Source: an uncultured cyanobacterium (GTDB lineage Bacteria; Cyanobacteriota; Cyanobacteriia; Cyanobacteriales; Microcystaceae). From it: a stretch of 37,403 nucleotides of DNA. The notes under the pieces are model-generated. The model saw only the letters and a program-made list of their open reading frames with translations, was not told where the DNA came from and ran no database searches. The position numbers were made by a program, and so were the translations under genes. Shown here in pieces: positions 1 through 10,766 of the stretch. How positions within the stretch are numbered: position 1 is the stretch's first letter; the number at the start of each line of letters is the position of its first letter. The stretch covers positions 1 to 37,403 of the forward strand of contig CAWEDJ010000006.1 in the NCBI GenBank assembly GCA_963807635.1. Reading direction: 5' to 3'.

Positions 1-218
1 TAATTAGTTTTCGACATAAATTCAGCCAAAATTGAGGCAATCGTACTCGTTCGATCAAAGGAGCCGAACTTACTTTCTAGCCCTTCGGCCCGTAGGCAAT
101 CACGGAACCGACCCCTATAATTCACCAGCTTTAAAGCAATATTCTGGGCGGTAAGTTATTGATGCAAACGAATAAAGCATTGCAAAAAATCTTCAGCTTT
201 GAGATGGAATAAGACGAA

Positions 219-1136
219 CTAAGGCAACTCAACGGAAGTCGGTTTGGCAATATGGGGTAAACCCCAACCCAGCTTTTCCCGTAAAATTCTAAAAAATTCG
301 GGCGATTGGAGACGGATAAATTTCGCTGTGTAGGGAGAGCGGTGCAGATGAACGCGGTCTTCGGGCAAGACATAACATCCTCCATTTCCATCTACTACCA
401 TCACCATCCGATTGGGGGTAGCAGGAAAAACATTCACGGGTTCTGCATCGGAAAACACCAGAGCGCGGGAGGCAAGGGAGTGGGGACAAATGGGGGCAAG
501 TTGCAGGACGGGAACATCAGGCGTAACAACGGGGCCGCCCGAACTCAGGGAATAGGCCGTTGAACCAGTGGGTGTGGAAATAATAATGCCATCGGCGGCA
601 ATATCGACGGGAGCGTGTTTGCCGATTTGAATTTCAAAATGACACATACTCGTGAGGGGTTCCCGATGCAAGACCATTTCATTGAGAGAAAGAGCTTCCC
701 AAAGGATGGTTTCTTCCCGATATAACCTCACTGTCAACATGGAACGGTTCTCAATGCAATAGTCTCCAGCAATAATCTGCTCGATCGCCTGGGAGAGTTG
801 ATTGAGATAAATTTCTGTTAAAAACCCCATGTGGCCCGTATTAACGGTTAACAAGGGAATACCAATGGGAGCTAACTGCCGAAATGCCGATAAAACCGTG
901 CCATCTCCCCCCAAAGAGATCGCAAAGGTCATATCAGCGTTAAAATGGGGCGGTGTCAGTTGTTCAATACGGGTATGACAAATGGGGCGATCGGGTTGAG
1001 AATAGCCCAGCAGTCCGCCGCATCCTGTTTCGAGTAAGACTTCCCAGCCAGACGCTTCAAATTTTGCCTGTAAGTCTAGAGCGACTTTACAAGCGATCGG
1101 TTTGATATCGTTGTAAATAATGCCTACTTTGGGCAT
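219..1136 (-). CDS. nadK: NAD(+) kinase
   Basis: GGDGT motif (LGGDGTVL), NE motif (LNEMVL) and [20 protein letters not shown]; lies downstream of ycf39 as in Synechocystis slr0399-slr0400. Confidence 0.95.
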   Translation of the reverse strand: MPKVGIIYNDIKPIACKVALDLQAKFEASGWEVLLETGCGGLLGYSQPDRPICHTRIEQLTPPHFNADMTFAISLGGDGTVLSAFRQLAPIGIPLLTVNTGHMGFLTEIYLNQLSQAIEQIIAGDYCIENRSMLTVRLYREETILWEALSLNEMVLHREPLTSMCHFEIQIGKHAPVDIAADGIIISTPTGSTAYSLSSGGPVVTPDVPVLQLAPICPHSLASRALVFSDAEPVNVFPATPNRMVMVVDGNGGCYVLPEDRVHLHRSPYTAKFIRLQSPEFFRILREKLGWGLPHIAKPTSVELP

Positions 1137-1172
1137 TGATGGCTGATCCTCGATTGGGGTGAATAGGAAGAT

Positions 1173-2147
1173 TTAAAAGAAGAAATCTTTCTTTTTTTTC
1201 GATTTTTTGGCTTTGTTTTGCTGGTAATCTAGTTCCTTGAGCTTTTTCATGATTCGCCCAAAGTATTCCTGTAAATAGGATTCTAAAGTGGTTGTTTCCT
1301 TCGGATCAAGTCCAAAGGTTTCATAGACTTCTTTCATGGGTGCATCTAAGGGTTTTCCACTGGCGAGAACTTCCGCAAAGGCAAGCCGATCAGAGATATT
1401 ATAAGTCCATTGGAAAACACGGGTAAAGCGTCTCATAAAACGCAACAATCCGAGGGGAACTCTGGAAATTTTGGACTCTCGGCTGGATAATTGTTCACAA
1501 AGTTTAATAATTTCCTCGGCTCTCCAGGCACGGGTTCCAACGATGGGTAGGGTTTGTTTCTCGGTAGCGGGAACTTCTAAGGCTCGAACCGCAAATTTAG
1601 CAACATCCTGGGTATCGATATAGGCGATCGGTGCGCTTTCTCCCGTAATCCAAATGGGCTGGTTGTCGAGAATGGGGATGGCGTACTGGCCAATAAGACC
1701 CTGCATAAACCCACAAAGTTGCAAGATAGTATAGTTTAGTCCAGATTCTGCTAAAAAAAGTTCTGTATAGTGTTTGATTTGCATTAACGGTACGTTGGGA
1801 TATTCCTCTGCCCGCAGAATGGAGAAGAAAATATAGCGTTCGATGCCTGCCGATTTCACTGCCTGAATGAGGTTCACTTTCCCCGTCCAATCTACTTTCG
1901 CGATCGAGAGGGAATCCGTTGCCCGTGCGGTCGCCGCATCAATTACCGCATCAATGTCTACCAAGGCCGAAGGCAGGGTTTCGGGTTTACAAATATTCCC
2001 ATAAACAACCTCTGCTCCCCATTCCTTAAGAAAGGTTGCCCTTTGCAGGTTTCTCACCAAACAGCGCACGGAATGACCTTGATCGAGGGCGCGACGAACT
2101 ATTTGCCGCCCCAGAGTCCCTGTTCCACCAACAACGAGTACTCGCAT
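1173..2147 (-). CDS. ycf39: Ycf39, atypical SDR/NAD(P)H-binding PSII assembly factor
   Basis: N-terminal Rossmann motif VVGGTGTLGRQIVRRAL, YAIPILDNQPIW, YIDTQDVAKF and C-terminal LESYLQEYFGRIMKKLKEL typical of Ycf39. Confidence 0.9.
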   Translation of the reverse strand: MRVLVVGGTGTLGRQIVRRALDQGHSVRCLVRNLQRATFLKEWGAEVVYGNICKPETLPSALVDIDAVIDAATARATDSLSIAKVDWTGKVNLIQAVKSAGIERYIFFSILRAEEYPNVPLMQIKHYTELFLAESGLNYTILQLCGFMQGLIGQYAIPILDNQPIWITGESAPIAYIDTQDVAKFAVRALEVPATEKQTLPIVGTRAWRAEEIIKLCEQLSSRESKISRVPLGLLRFMRRFTRVFQWTYNISDRLAFAEVLASGKPLDAPMKEVYETFGLDPKETTTLESYLQEYFGRIMKKLKELDYQQNKAKKSKKKKDFFF

Positions 2148-2509
2148 TTAATATCGTTTCGTAAAGTTTTTTTAAGTTTCTCTAAGATTTTATCAGAAAC
2201 CGTTCATCAAGGGTGATCTCTTTTGTTTTTTTTCGGGAAGTTGACGGGAAACTGCGTTGAGAACTTGAGCAAGCGATCGCATTACTAGATTTCAGTCAAT
2301 GATAATCAACTTGAGAAACTTCAAAATCATTCGATCCTGCAAAAGATTTCCCGTTGACCAGGCAAGTCTCTCCTCGCATTTAAGGAAATGGCATAGATAG
2401 TATTGTCAAAATTTATGAATTTACAACCTTGTGGAATTAAAATCTAAATTTTTGGAAATGATTCCACGATTTTCGCTATGATTACCCTAGTAATGCTGAA
2501 TGATTAGGT

Positions 2510-3016
2510 ATGCCAAAATTCGACATCCGAGATGCCCTCAAACAAGACTTAGTACCCATTGTTGAGATCTACAACTCCAATATTCCCACGCATTTAGCCA
2601 CCGCAGATACCAAACCCATTACTATTGAAAGTCGTCTCCAGTGGTTTGCCGATCACTCTCCTCAAAAATATCCCCTCTGGGTGGTTGAAAATGAAGATCA
2701 ACAAATTGTTGGTTGGCTAGGATTTCAGTGTTTTTATGGTCGTATTGCTTACCAAAAAACCGCAGAGTTAAGTATTTATATTCATTTGGATTATCAACAC
2801 CAAGGAATTGGCAAAAAACTTCTAGAAAAAGCCATTGAAGAGGGGTCAAAATTAGGATTAAAAGTTCTATTAGGTTTTATTTTTGCCCATAACAAAGCAA
2901 GCTTAAAATTATTTACTAAGTATGATTTTATAGAATGGGGCTATTTACCTCAAGTCGCTGAATTAGGAGGAGTAGAAAGAGATTTAGTGATTATGGGCAG
3001 AAAAATTTCTTCCTAA
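2510..3016 (+). CDS. GNAT N-acetyltransferase (phosphinothricin/methionine sulfoximine acetyltransferase-like)
   Basis: IVEIYN...ATAD, TAELSIYIH, acetyl-CoA motif QHQGIGKKLL, HNKASLKLF. Confidence 0.85.
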   Translation: MPKFDIRDALKQDLVPIVEIYNSNIPTHLATADTKPITIESRLQWFADHSPQKYPLWVVENEDQQIVGWLGFQCFYGRIAYQKTAELSIYIHLDYQHQGIGKKLLEKAIEEGSKLGLKVLLGFIFAHNKASLKLFTKYDFIEWGYLPQVAELGGVERDLVIMGRKISS

Positions 3017-3053
3017 TGATTAGTTAAATTTTTATCTACCCTAAAGCCGATTA

Positions 3054-3448
3054 TTAGTCTGGCAAAATCGCAATACAGTCAATTTCAACTAATACATCCT
3101 TGGGTAAACGGGCAACTTCCACACAGGCACGAGCGGGTGCTGTCGCTTCATCAAAATAGGAGGCATAAACTTGATTCATCGCGACAAAATTATTTAAATC
3201 ACTCAAAAAAACCGATGTTTTAACGATATTTTCCCAACTCGTTCCTGCTTCCTTGAGAATCGCGCCTAAATTTGCCATAACTTGCTGGGTTTGTTGAGTA
3301 ATATCATTTCCGCCGACAATTTCACCTGTTTCAGGATTGAGGGGAATTTGTCCTGCAACAAATAACATGGTTCCTTTGGCGCAATCGCCTGATTATAGGG
3401 GCCAACGGGAGCAGGGGCTTGGTTAGTACGGATAATTTTTAGAGTCAT
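3054..3448 (-). CDS. ridA: RidA/YjgF family enamine deaminase (one frameshift near 3380)
   Basis: ORF 3266-3448 gives the N-terminus ([12 protein letters not shown]); ORF 3054-3368 gives the rest (LFVAGQI...[23 protein letters not shown]). One missing base near 3380 joins them. Confidence 0.9.
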
Positions 3449-3506
3449 AGCACAAAAATAAGAATTATTTCACTAAAATACCTTGAAAGGGATTCTGAAA
3501 AATCAT

Positions 3507-4262
3507 TTAAACTAAATTTTCTGATAATTCATTGTCTAACTGGAAAAAATCTGAATTCAAAATATTTTGCCATTCTGTTTCAGATAAGGGCTGATTGATG
3601 AGTTTAACGCCAAAACAAGCTTCGGCGGAGATAATTAAGGCTTCTATAATCGTTTCATTAGATAAATCAATCTGATGGGCAGAAAAACGTCCAAAAACCT
3701 GAGAAAACAGTTCGGGATTGGGATTTAATAACATTGAGCCATGTTGCAAAATCGTTTTGCCCTGACGTAATTGCGCTCCACCGATAATTTTATGTCCGTC
3801 TTTATCGATTAAATCTGCTTGGGTTGCTGTGCCAAAACAATTGGGATTGTGGATATAACCCCTGCCTGTTGTGCCGTAGTGTAATTCGATTCCTCGCGAT
3901 CGCCAACCTGTTAATAAAAACTGAGAAATTTGTTCATAGGAAGTCACCACATTGGAACTAAAACCAGAAGTAACGACCATATAAGTCAAATCTCCCTGAT
4001 GTAAAACTGCCCTTCCTCCCGATAGACGGCGTACAATTTCAATGGGTTTATTTTGCCAACTTAAATGATTCCAAGTTTCGGGATAACTCCGTTGAAAATG
4101 TCCCAAGGAAATCGCAATCGGTGACCAGGTATAAAATCGTAAAATTGGAGGAGAATTTCCTAAATGATGTTGTTGTAAAAGCCAATAATCGATCGCCATC
4201 TGGATTTTTCCCGATATTTCTAAGGGGGGAATCAAACGCCAGGTCGATGATTGATGGAACAT
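3507..4262 (-). CDS. Lipoate-protein ligase A / octanoyltransferase family protein
   Basis: QMAIDYWLL, LRFYTW, SLG, VRRLSGGRAVLH, KIIGGAQ, LQHGS motifs. Confidence 0.88.
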   Translation of the reverse strand: MFHQSSTWRLIPPLEISGKIQMAIDYWLLQQHHLGNSPPILRFYTWSPIAISLGHFQRSYPETWNHLSWQNKPIEIVRRLSGGRAVLHQGDLTYMVVTSGFSSNVVTSYEQISQFLLTGWRSRGIELHYGTTGRGYIHNPNCFGTATQADLIDKDGHKIIGGAQLRQGKTILQHGSMLLNPNPELFSQVFGRFSAHQIDLSNETIIEALIISAEACFGVKLINQPLSETEWQNILNSDFFQLDNELSENLV

Positions 4263-4305
4263 AAAATAGTCTATAGAATAAATTTATTAAGTCGGGTCAA
4301 AAATC

Positions 4306-4725
4306 ATGCACCACGCTTCCATTCGTACTGCGGATATTCACAGGGCGATTGCCTTTTATGAGCAACTAGGATTTACCGTCAATGAGCGTTTTACGACAGG
4401 TTATACCCTCGCCTGCTGGATGGAAGGATTAGGCGGCAGAATTGAGCTAATTCAAATTCCTGAACCGAAACCTGCTCCCGATGCCTTTGGAGATGAACAT
4501 TATGTGGGTTATTATCATTTATCCTTCGATTTAACGGATTTAACCCCCGATTTGCCCACCTGGTTACAAGCATTGCAAACAGTGTTCAATCAATCTGAAC
4601 AGCTAGATTCTCTAAAAGTTTTATTGGAACCTTGCCAACAAATGATCGGCGATCGCGTTTATGAAGTACTTTTTCTCGCGGATAGCGATGGTTTACCCCT
4701 AGAGTTTATTCGGATTTTGCGTTAA
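4306..4725 (+). CDS. VOC (glyoxalase/bleomycin-resistance) family protein
   Basis: [25 protein letters not shown] and DSDGLPLEF metal-binding pattern. Confidence 0.85.
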   Translation: MHHASIRTADIHRAIAFYEQLGFTVNERFTTGYTLACWMEGLGGRIELIQIPEPKPAPDAFGDEHYVGYYHLSFDLTDLTPDLPTWLQALQTVFNQSEQLDSLKVLLEPCQQMIGDRVYEVLFLADSDGLPLEFIRILR

Positions 4726-5619
4726 TACTCAGCACGACGAATCTGAAAACAACACCATTCTCCCCGTTTCCAGAGAGCCGCCACCACCCAACCATTTTGT
4801 TCTAGGGTATCGGCGAATGGCCTGGGTTTGGTCTAACAAAATACCACTGAGAATCGCCCAACCCTGAGGTTTAATCAGCTTAGAGAACTGAGGAATTAAT
4901 TCCGCGATCACTTCTGCCAAAATATTACAGACAATGCCATCCACCCCATCGGGAGCTAATTCTAACAATTCGGCAATACTGCCCTGATTAATCACCAAAT
5001 AGGACGGATTAATTTGATTCAGATGGCGATTGCTACGGGCTGACTGGATTGCCAGGGGATCATTGTCAACCGCATAGACTTTTTTCGCTCCTAATAAAAC
5101 CGCACCAATGGCCAGGATACCCGAACCACAGCCCACATCAGCCAGCACCATTTCACTAGCCCCCGTTGTTAGACGCATTTCCAAGGACTCTAAACATAAT
5201 TGGGTCGTGGCATGGGTTCCTGTCCCAAAAGCAACCCCTGGATCAATCCGAAGCAGTAAGCGATCGGGTTTTTCAGGAAGGGGTAACCAGGCAGGATAAA
5301 TCAAAAAGCGATCGCCAATTTCTGTCGGTTGCCAGTGTTGTTTCCAGCTACTCGACCAATCTTCCTCCTCAATTAATTTCCAACGCAACAAAGGTTGGGG
5401 TAAACCCGCAAGGAGAGAATCCTGATGGAGCCAGAGGGACAAAGCGGCCAGATCCAATAATTGGACTTTAGATTGGGGAATATAGGCACGCATCAAAGCA
5501 GACTGCCCCTTAGATTCGGTGACAGTCCCAGAACAGCCAAACTTATCTAGTCGCCAATAGATCGACTCTTCCAAACTCGGATGCGCGAGAATCTTAATTT
5601 CCCACCAGCTATTAGCCAT
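4722..5619 (-). CDS. prmA: Ribosomal protein L11 methyltransferase (frameshift near 4817; corrected stop at 4722-4724)
   Basis: [50 protein letters not shown]. Removing one base near 4817 restores a normal C-terminus ([32 protein letters not shown]). Confidence 0.93.
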
Positions 5620-5644
5620 AAATTGTCACCTAAAAAGACAATAA

Positions 5645-7225
5645 CTATAGCTTAACGGTGTAAGCGTCCCGAATCCCATCCACTTTAGTGATTTCTCCAA
5701 AAGTGCCTTCGGGCAAGGGATCATCTAAGCTCAGAGCCATGACAGCATCTCCGCGCACAATTTTGCGTCCGACCTGCATACTCGCAATATTGACATTAAA
5801 ACTGCCCAATAGGGAACCAATTTTACCGATAATACCTGGCATATCACGGTGGAGCGTGAACACCATGTAGTTACTGGGGGGGACATTAATCGGAAATTCG
5901 TCCACGTCGGTTAATGTGAATTTCGCTTATCAGCTAATCAAAGCTCCCGTTGACCGAATGTGTACCCAAAGAACCGTAGCCTTGAGATGGAAGATCCGGA
6001 ATAATCGCGAACAGAAGCATCACGGGTTTCAATAATGCGAATACCCCGTTCCTTGGCTTCAATGGCAGCGTTAACATAATTGACCCGTTCCCGTAGAGCT
6101 TGGGAAAGTAATCCTTTAATCGCCGCAACCACAATCGGTTGACTTCTATTGGTTGCCAATTCACCTTGTAAAGCAACAGTTAATTGTCTCAATCTGACCT
6201 CCAGCGAGTTGACCAACCAGAGTTCCCAAGGTTTCAGCCAATTGCAGATAGGGACGTAATTTTTCCATGACATCGGGGGTGAGTCCAGGAATATTCACCG
6301 CAGAACGGGCGGGTAGACCCAATAACACATCCCGAATTTGTTCGGCCACGTCAATGGCGACATTGACCTGGGCTTCTGCTGTCGAGGCACCCAGGTGAGG
6401 GGTAAGAATGACATTTTTACCCTCCCGTAGCATTCGGATTCTCCCAAGGGTTCTCAATCAAATACATCGAAGGCGGCTCCAGCTAATTGTCCATTTTAAT
6501 CGCCACCACTAAAGCATCTTCGTCAATAATGCCACCACGAGCGCAGTTAATAATGCGGGTGGTGGGCTTCATTTTTGCGAAGGTATTTGGCGTTAATTAA
6601 ATTCGCGGTTTCGGTCGTTTTAGGAATATGCAGGGTAATATAATCGGATTCGGAAGAGCAGATTTAAATCCACTAGTTTACAACCCAATTGTTCCGCCCT
6701 TTCCTTGGAAATAAACGGATCATAGGCTAATAATTTCATGCCCATCGATTTGGCAACCGTCGCAACATGAGAACCAATTTTCCCTAAGCCCACAACGCCC
6801 AGGGTCTTTTTATAAACTTCTGTCCCGACGTAACTTTTTCTATCCCACTTCTTCTGTTTGACAGATTGGTTGGCATCGGGAATATGGCGAGCCAGGGCCA
6901 TCATCATTGCTAAAGCGTGTTCGGCGGCGGCAATCGTATTTCCTTCGGGAGAATTAACGACAACGATTCCTTGACGAGTGGCAGCTTGGACATCAATATT
7001 ATCGACACCGACTCCTGCTCGACCAATAATTTTAAGCTGCGTTCCCGCTTCAATAATGGCTTTGGTGACTTTTGTTCCCGATCGCAACATCAAAGCGTCG
7101 TAATCACCGATAATTTTAACCAGTTCCTCTTCGGGCAGTCCTGTTTTAATATCAACTTGGGCAACTTGCTTGAGGATATCGATCCCAACTTGATCAATGG
7201 GGTCAGATACAAGAATTTTTGACAT
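5645..7225 (-). CDS. serA: D-3-phosphoglycerate dehydrogenase with C-terminal ACT domain (several frameshifts at about 5900-6660)
   Basis: Collinear fragments: IIGRAGVGVDNIDV...GVVGLGKIGSHV (6620-7225), LTPHLGASTAEAQVNVA (6161-6457), RERVNYVNAAIEAKERGI (5938-6273) and ACT domain HRDMPGIIGKIGSLLG (5645-5905). Confidence 0.93.
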
Positions 7226-7888
7226 AATTTTTAAGTTTAAGAAAGAAAACCGTAGCTCAGGGGATAATTAAGAGAATTAAGTATAGACGACGAATTCTGA
7301 CTATTTTGCTGAAATGCTGAAAAACCAGAGATGTTCAACGTGAACCATTGTAACGGTAATGGGTCACTCCTTTGGCAATTTTCTCAAAGTTCTAAGGGGT
7401 TTGGGACAGGGACACCTTTAGTTTGACTCAATGGGCAATTTCGGCGATCGCGTCTCCTAGAATCATGTCATCAGAGAATATATTTGACCCTTTATACCTT
7501 GGAGCATAGGAAGCTATTAAAGATTACAGAAGAAAAACTGACGTTTTTAGGGGGAAATAAGTCAATATATTTTCTTTTTGTTTTAAAAAATGGAAAGAAT
7601 CTATTTAAAAATCTTTCTAATGAGATTAATCTCAGATTAACTAGTTAAGATCTATATATGGCTTGAGTCAATCACTAATTTCAAATCTGAGAACTTCACC
7701 ACGGAACTTTACAGATTATCACCAGTCTGATATGTTTGTTGGAAAATTAAGTTTATTTTAGAAGATTGTTCTAATTACAAACTACTTTCTTTATGAAGAT
7801 AACTTAAATAATCGTCCTTAATTAGACACAATTCTTAATCGAAAATATCTAATAAACAATTATTAATTCTTGGACTACATATCAAAAC

Positions 7889-8825
7889 TTGACTCAGACT
7901 TTTTTCATGAAAACCCCCGTTGTTTTAATCATTTTTCGTCGTCCTGATAAAACTCTTCAAGTATTAGAAAAAATTCGTCAAGTTAAGCCGTCTAAATTAT
8001 TCGTGATATGTGACGCTCCACGACCAGAGAAACCAGATGAATATGAAAAATGTGAAAAATCTCGCGCTGTTATTGACACGGTTGATTGGAATTGTGAAGT
8101 CATTAAAAATTATGCGGATACCAACTTAGGATCATTTCGGCGCATTCCTACTGGATTAGATTGGGTCTTTAAACAGGTAGAAGAAGCCATTATTCTAGAA
8201 GACGACTGTTTACCTGATATTACGTTTTTTCGATTTTGCGAAGAGTTATTAGAGTATTATAAAAATGATCAGAGAATTATGGCGATCTCTGGTGATAATT
8301 TTCAATTAGGGAAGCAAAGAACCAAAGATAGTTACTATTTTTCTCGCTATACTCACTCTTGGGGATGGGAACCTGGAAAAGAGCTTGGAAACACTTTGAT
8401 ATGGAGATGAATGCTTGGCGAGAAGTTCGAGATAAACAGTTACTGAGATCAATCCTAAGATAATGATAGAGACGTTAAATATTGGACATCTATCTTACAA
8501 GATACCTATGAATCAAAAATCCAAGCATGGGATTACCGATGGACATTTTCAACTTGGCTACAGAATGGTTTAACTATTTTGCCTAATGTGAATTTAATTA
8601 GTAATATTGGGTTTGGTGAAGGGGCAACCCATACGGCTGAGCACTAAAAATCCCTGGCTTAACTTACTCACTCAAACCATGAGCTTTCCTTTACAACATC
8701 CTAAATTTATTATTCGAGATAGTATAGCAGACCAATTTACTCAAAATAGTGTTTTCAATGCTAATCTTAAGTTTCGATTAGGACGTAAAATTAAAAAAGT
8801 TTTCAAGAATTATCAATTTCAGTAG
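7889..8825 (+). CDS. Glycosyltransferase (GT-A fold, HlpA-like); frameshifts near 8370, 8460 and 8635; start may be the ATG at 7907
   Basis: TPVVLIIFRRP, IILEDDC (DxD-like), YTHSWGW, then AWDYRWTFSTWLQNGLTILPNVNLISNIGFGEGATH in another frame and FPLQHP near the end. Confidence 0.8.
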
Positions 8826-8924
8826 TTTTTCTATGGGAGTTAATCAAAGTATTAACGAATAAGAAAAAATCTTTTCACACAATATTATTCTGTTTAAATT
8901 TTTATAGAAAAATTATTTCGTTTT

Positions 8925-9749
8925 ATGAAGCTTGTTAATATTGGTTGTGGCAGTGTTTTTCATCCTGATTGGATTAATCTAGATGTGCTTCCCCTAGCGA
9001 AGAACGTTCAATCCTATGATATTCGAGAGACTCTTCCTTTTTTATCTCAGGAAATTGATGTTTGCTATAGTTCCCATGTGTTGGAACATCTCTCTAGAGA
9101 ACAAGCGAAATCTTTCTTGATAGACTGCGATCGCGTGTTGAAACCTGGGGGCATTATTAGGATTGTCGTTCCCGATTTAGAAATGATTGCTAGAAACTAT
9201 TTGCAGTGTTTAGAAAAGGTCACATCAGGAAATTCATCAACAGAAAGTAACTATGACTGGATGATCTTGGAACTGTTGGATCAAGGAATACGGGAGTTTC
9301 CTGGTGGCGAAATGGGAAATTTTCTGCTCAATCCCCAGCTATCCAATCAAGAATTTATCTTTTCCCGTATCGGGGATGAAGCAAAAAACTATTGGAAACA
9401 TTCTTCGATAGAACGTTCTTTTCGAGAAAAATTAAAGAACAAAACTATCGTTCAATTATTAAAAAAAATCAGAGTCAAGATCGCTGAAGGTTTTGTGGAA
9501 GTCATTGCAGGGAAAGAAGCTAAAGTTGCTTTTCAACAAGGAATTTTCCGTCGTTCGGGGGAAGTTCATCGTTGGATGTATGACCGTTTTTCCTTAGAAC
9601 GTCTATTAATAGAAATTGGATTTATCGATATTCATTGCTGTCGAGCAGATGAAAGCCGAATTCCCAACTTTAATAGTTATAAACTGGACACTATTAATGG
9701 TGCAGTACGTAAGCCAGATTCTCTGTTTATGGAAGGTATAAAGCGATGA
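8925..9749 (+). CDS. Class I SAM-dependent methyltransferase (glycan-cluster type)
   Basis: LVNIGCG motif I, SSHVLEHL, RVLKPGGIIRIVVPD, HRWMYD. Confidence 0.85.
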   Translation: MKLVNIGCGSVFHPDWINLDVLPLAKNVQSYDIRETLPFLSQEIDVCYSSHVLEHLSREQAKSFLIDCDRVLKPGGIIRIVVPDLEMIARNYLQCLEKVTSGNSSTESNYDWMILELLDQGIREFPGGEMGNFLLNPQLSNQEFIFSRIGDEAKNYWKHSSIERSFREKLKNKTIVQLLKKIRVKIAEGFVEVIAGKEAKVAFQQGIFRRSGEVHRWMYDRFSLERLLIEIGFIDIHCCRADESRIPNFNSYKLDTINGAVRKPDSLFMEGIKR

Positions 9750-9876
9750 AGGCTATGTCCTTGTTTAATGATGTTTAGAAATCATTAATTTATATGGCAT
9801 CATATTGAGTATTATTTCATTAAATAAAGTCCTTATCTGTATCTCATTTAAATACAAAAAATAATAGAATAAGTCC

Positions 9877-10752
9877 ATGAATAAATCGCGTGTCGTCATA
9901 GCCAGCAAGTCTGGACAACTTGGAAATCGAATTATTGTGTTTGCTCATTTTATTGCCAATGCAATTGAGTATGATTATGAATTATATAATCCTAATTTTG
10001 ATGAATATTGTTCTTATTTTAATTCAACTGCAAGAAATGATTTCCATGATTATCCAATTACCGTTACAGATAAAGCTTTTATCGATTTGAAGCAAAAGAA
10101 GATATCGGAAAGAGTTGGATTTAATACACTTAAATATTTATTTTCACCATCTTGTAAAATCCTGAAAATAAAAAAAATATATGAACTGTCTCATGAAGAT
10201 TTTTTAGGTTTACTCGAAAAAAAACAAACAATTATTGCCTACGGATGGCTTTTTCGCGATCGAAATAATTTTAATAAACACCTTGATATACTCAAAAAAA
10301 TTTTTTCCCCAATTGAAATTCATGCAAGAAATGTCGATACATTAATGCAGAATTGTCGCTCTGATAAGAAAAAAAATAAGCTTCTTATTGGTGTTCATAT
10401 TCGGCGTGGGGATTATCAAACTTTTCAGGGCGGTAAATATTACTATGAAAATTCTGTTTATCTCAAATATATGACGCAAGTTTATGAAATATTTCAGCAA
10501 CAACAAAAATCTGTGGCTTTTTTATTATGTTCCAATGAAGCAATTAGTGAAATATTTAATCAATTTGAAGTTTATACAGGGACTGGTCATCTTATTGAAG
10601 ATTTATATTGTTTCGCAAAATGTGACTATCTGATGGGCCCCAGCAGTACCTACACTTCATGGGCTTCCATTTATGGTGATGTGCCTTTGTGCCATTTTCA
10701 AACACGAGATCAAGTTTTACAGTTGAGTGATTTTAAAGTTTTTCGTGAATAA
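9877..10752 (+). CDS. GT11-like (alpha-1,2-fucosyltransferase-like) glycosyltransferase
   Basis: GQLGN N-terminal motif, GVHIRRGDY donor-binding motif, DLY...CDYLMGPSSTYTSWAS. Confidence 0.78.
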   Translation: MNKSRVVIASKSGQLGNRIIVFAHFIANAIEYDYELYNPNFDEYCSYFNSTARNDFHDYPITVTDKAFIDLKQKKISERVGFNTLKYLFSPSCKILKIKKIYELSHEDFLGLLEKKQTIIAYGWLFRDRNNFNKHLDILKKIFSPIEIHARNVDTLMQNCRSDKKKNKLLIGVHIRRGDYQTFQGGKYYYENSVYLKYMTQVYEIFQQQQKSVAFLLCSNEAISEIFNQFEVYTGTGHLIEDLYCFAKCDYLMGPSSTYTSWASIYGDVPLCHFQTRDQVLQLSDFKVFRE

Positions 10753-10766
10753 GGATATTTTAAACT

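Noticed and set aside
1..155. Open minus-strand frame running off the window edge (LTAQNIALKLVNYRGRFRD...)
   Set aside because: No clear start, no recognisable motif and truncated; cannot be supported as a CDS.
2148..2509. Possible petM gene or HLR1 (RpaB) repeats upstream of ycf39
   Set aside because: No PetM-like ORF found; the roughly 10-bp periodic repeats at 2156-2190 are too degenerate and out of register for HLR1.
5645..7225. serA as a true pseudogene or programmed frameshift
   Set aside because: All domains are present and collinear, and similar indels occur window-wide; sequencing error is more parsimonious.
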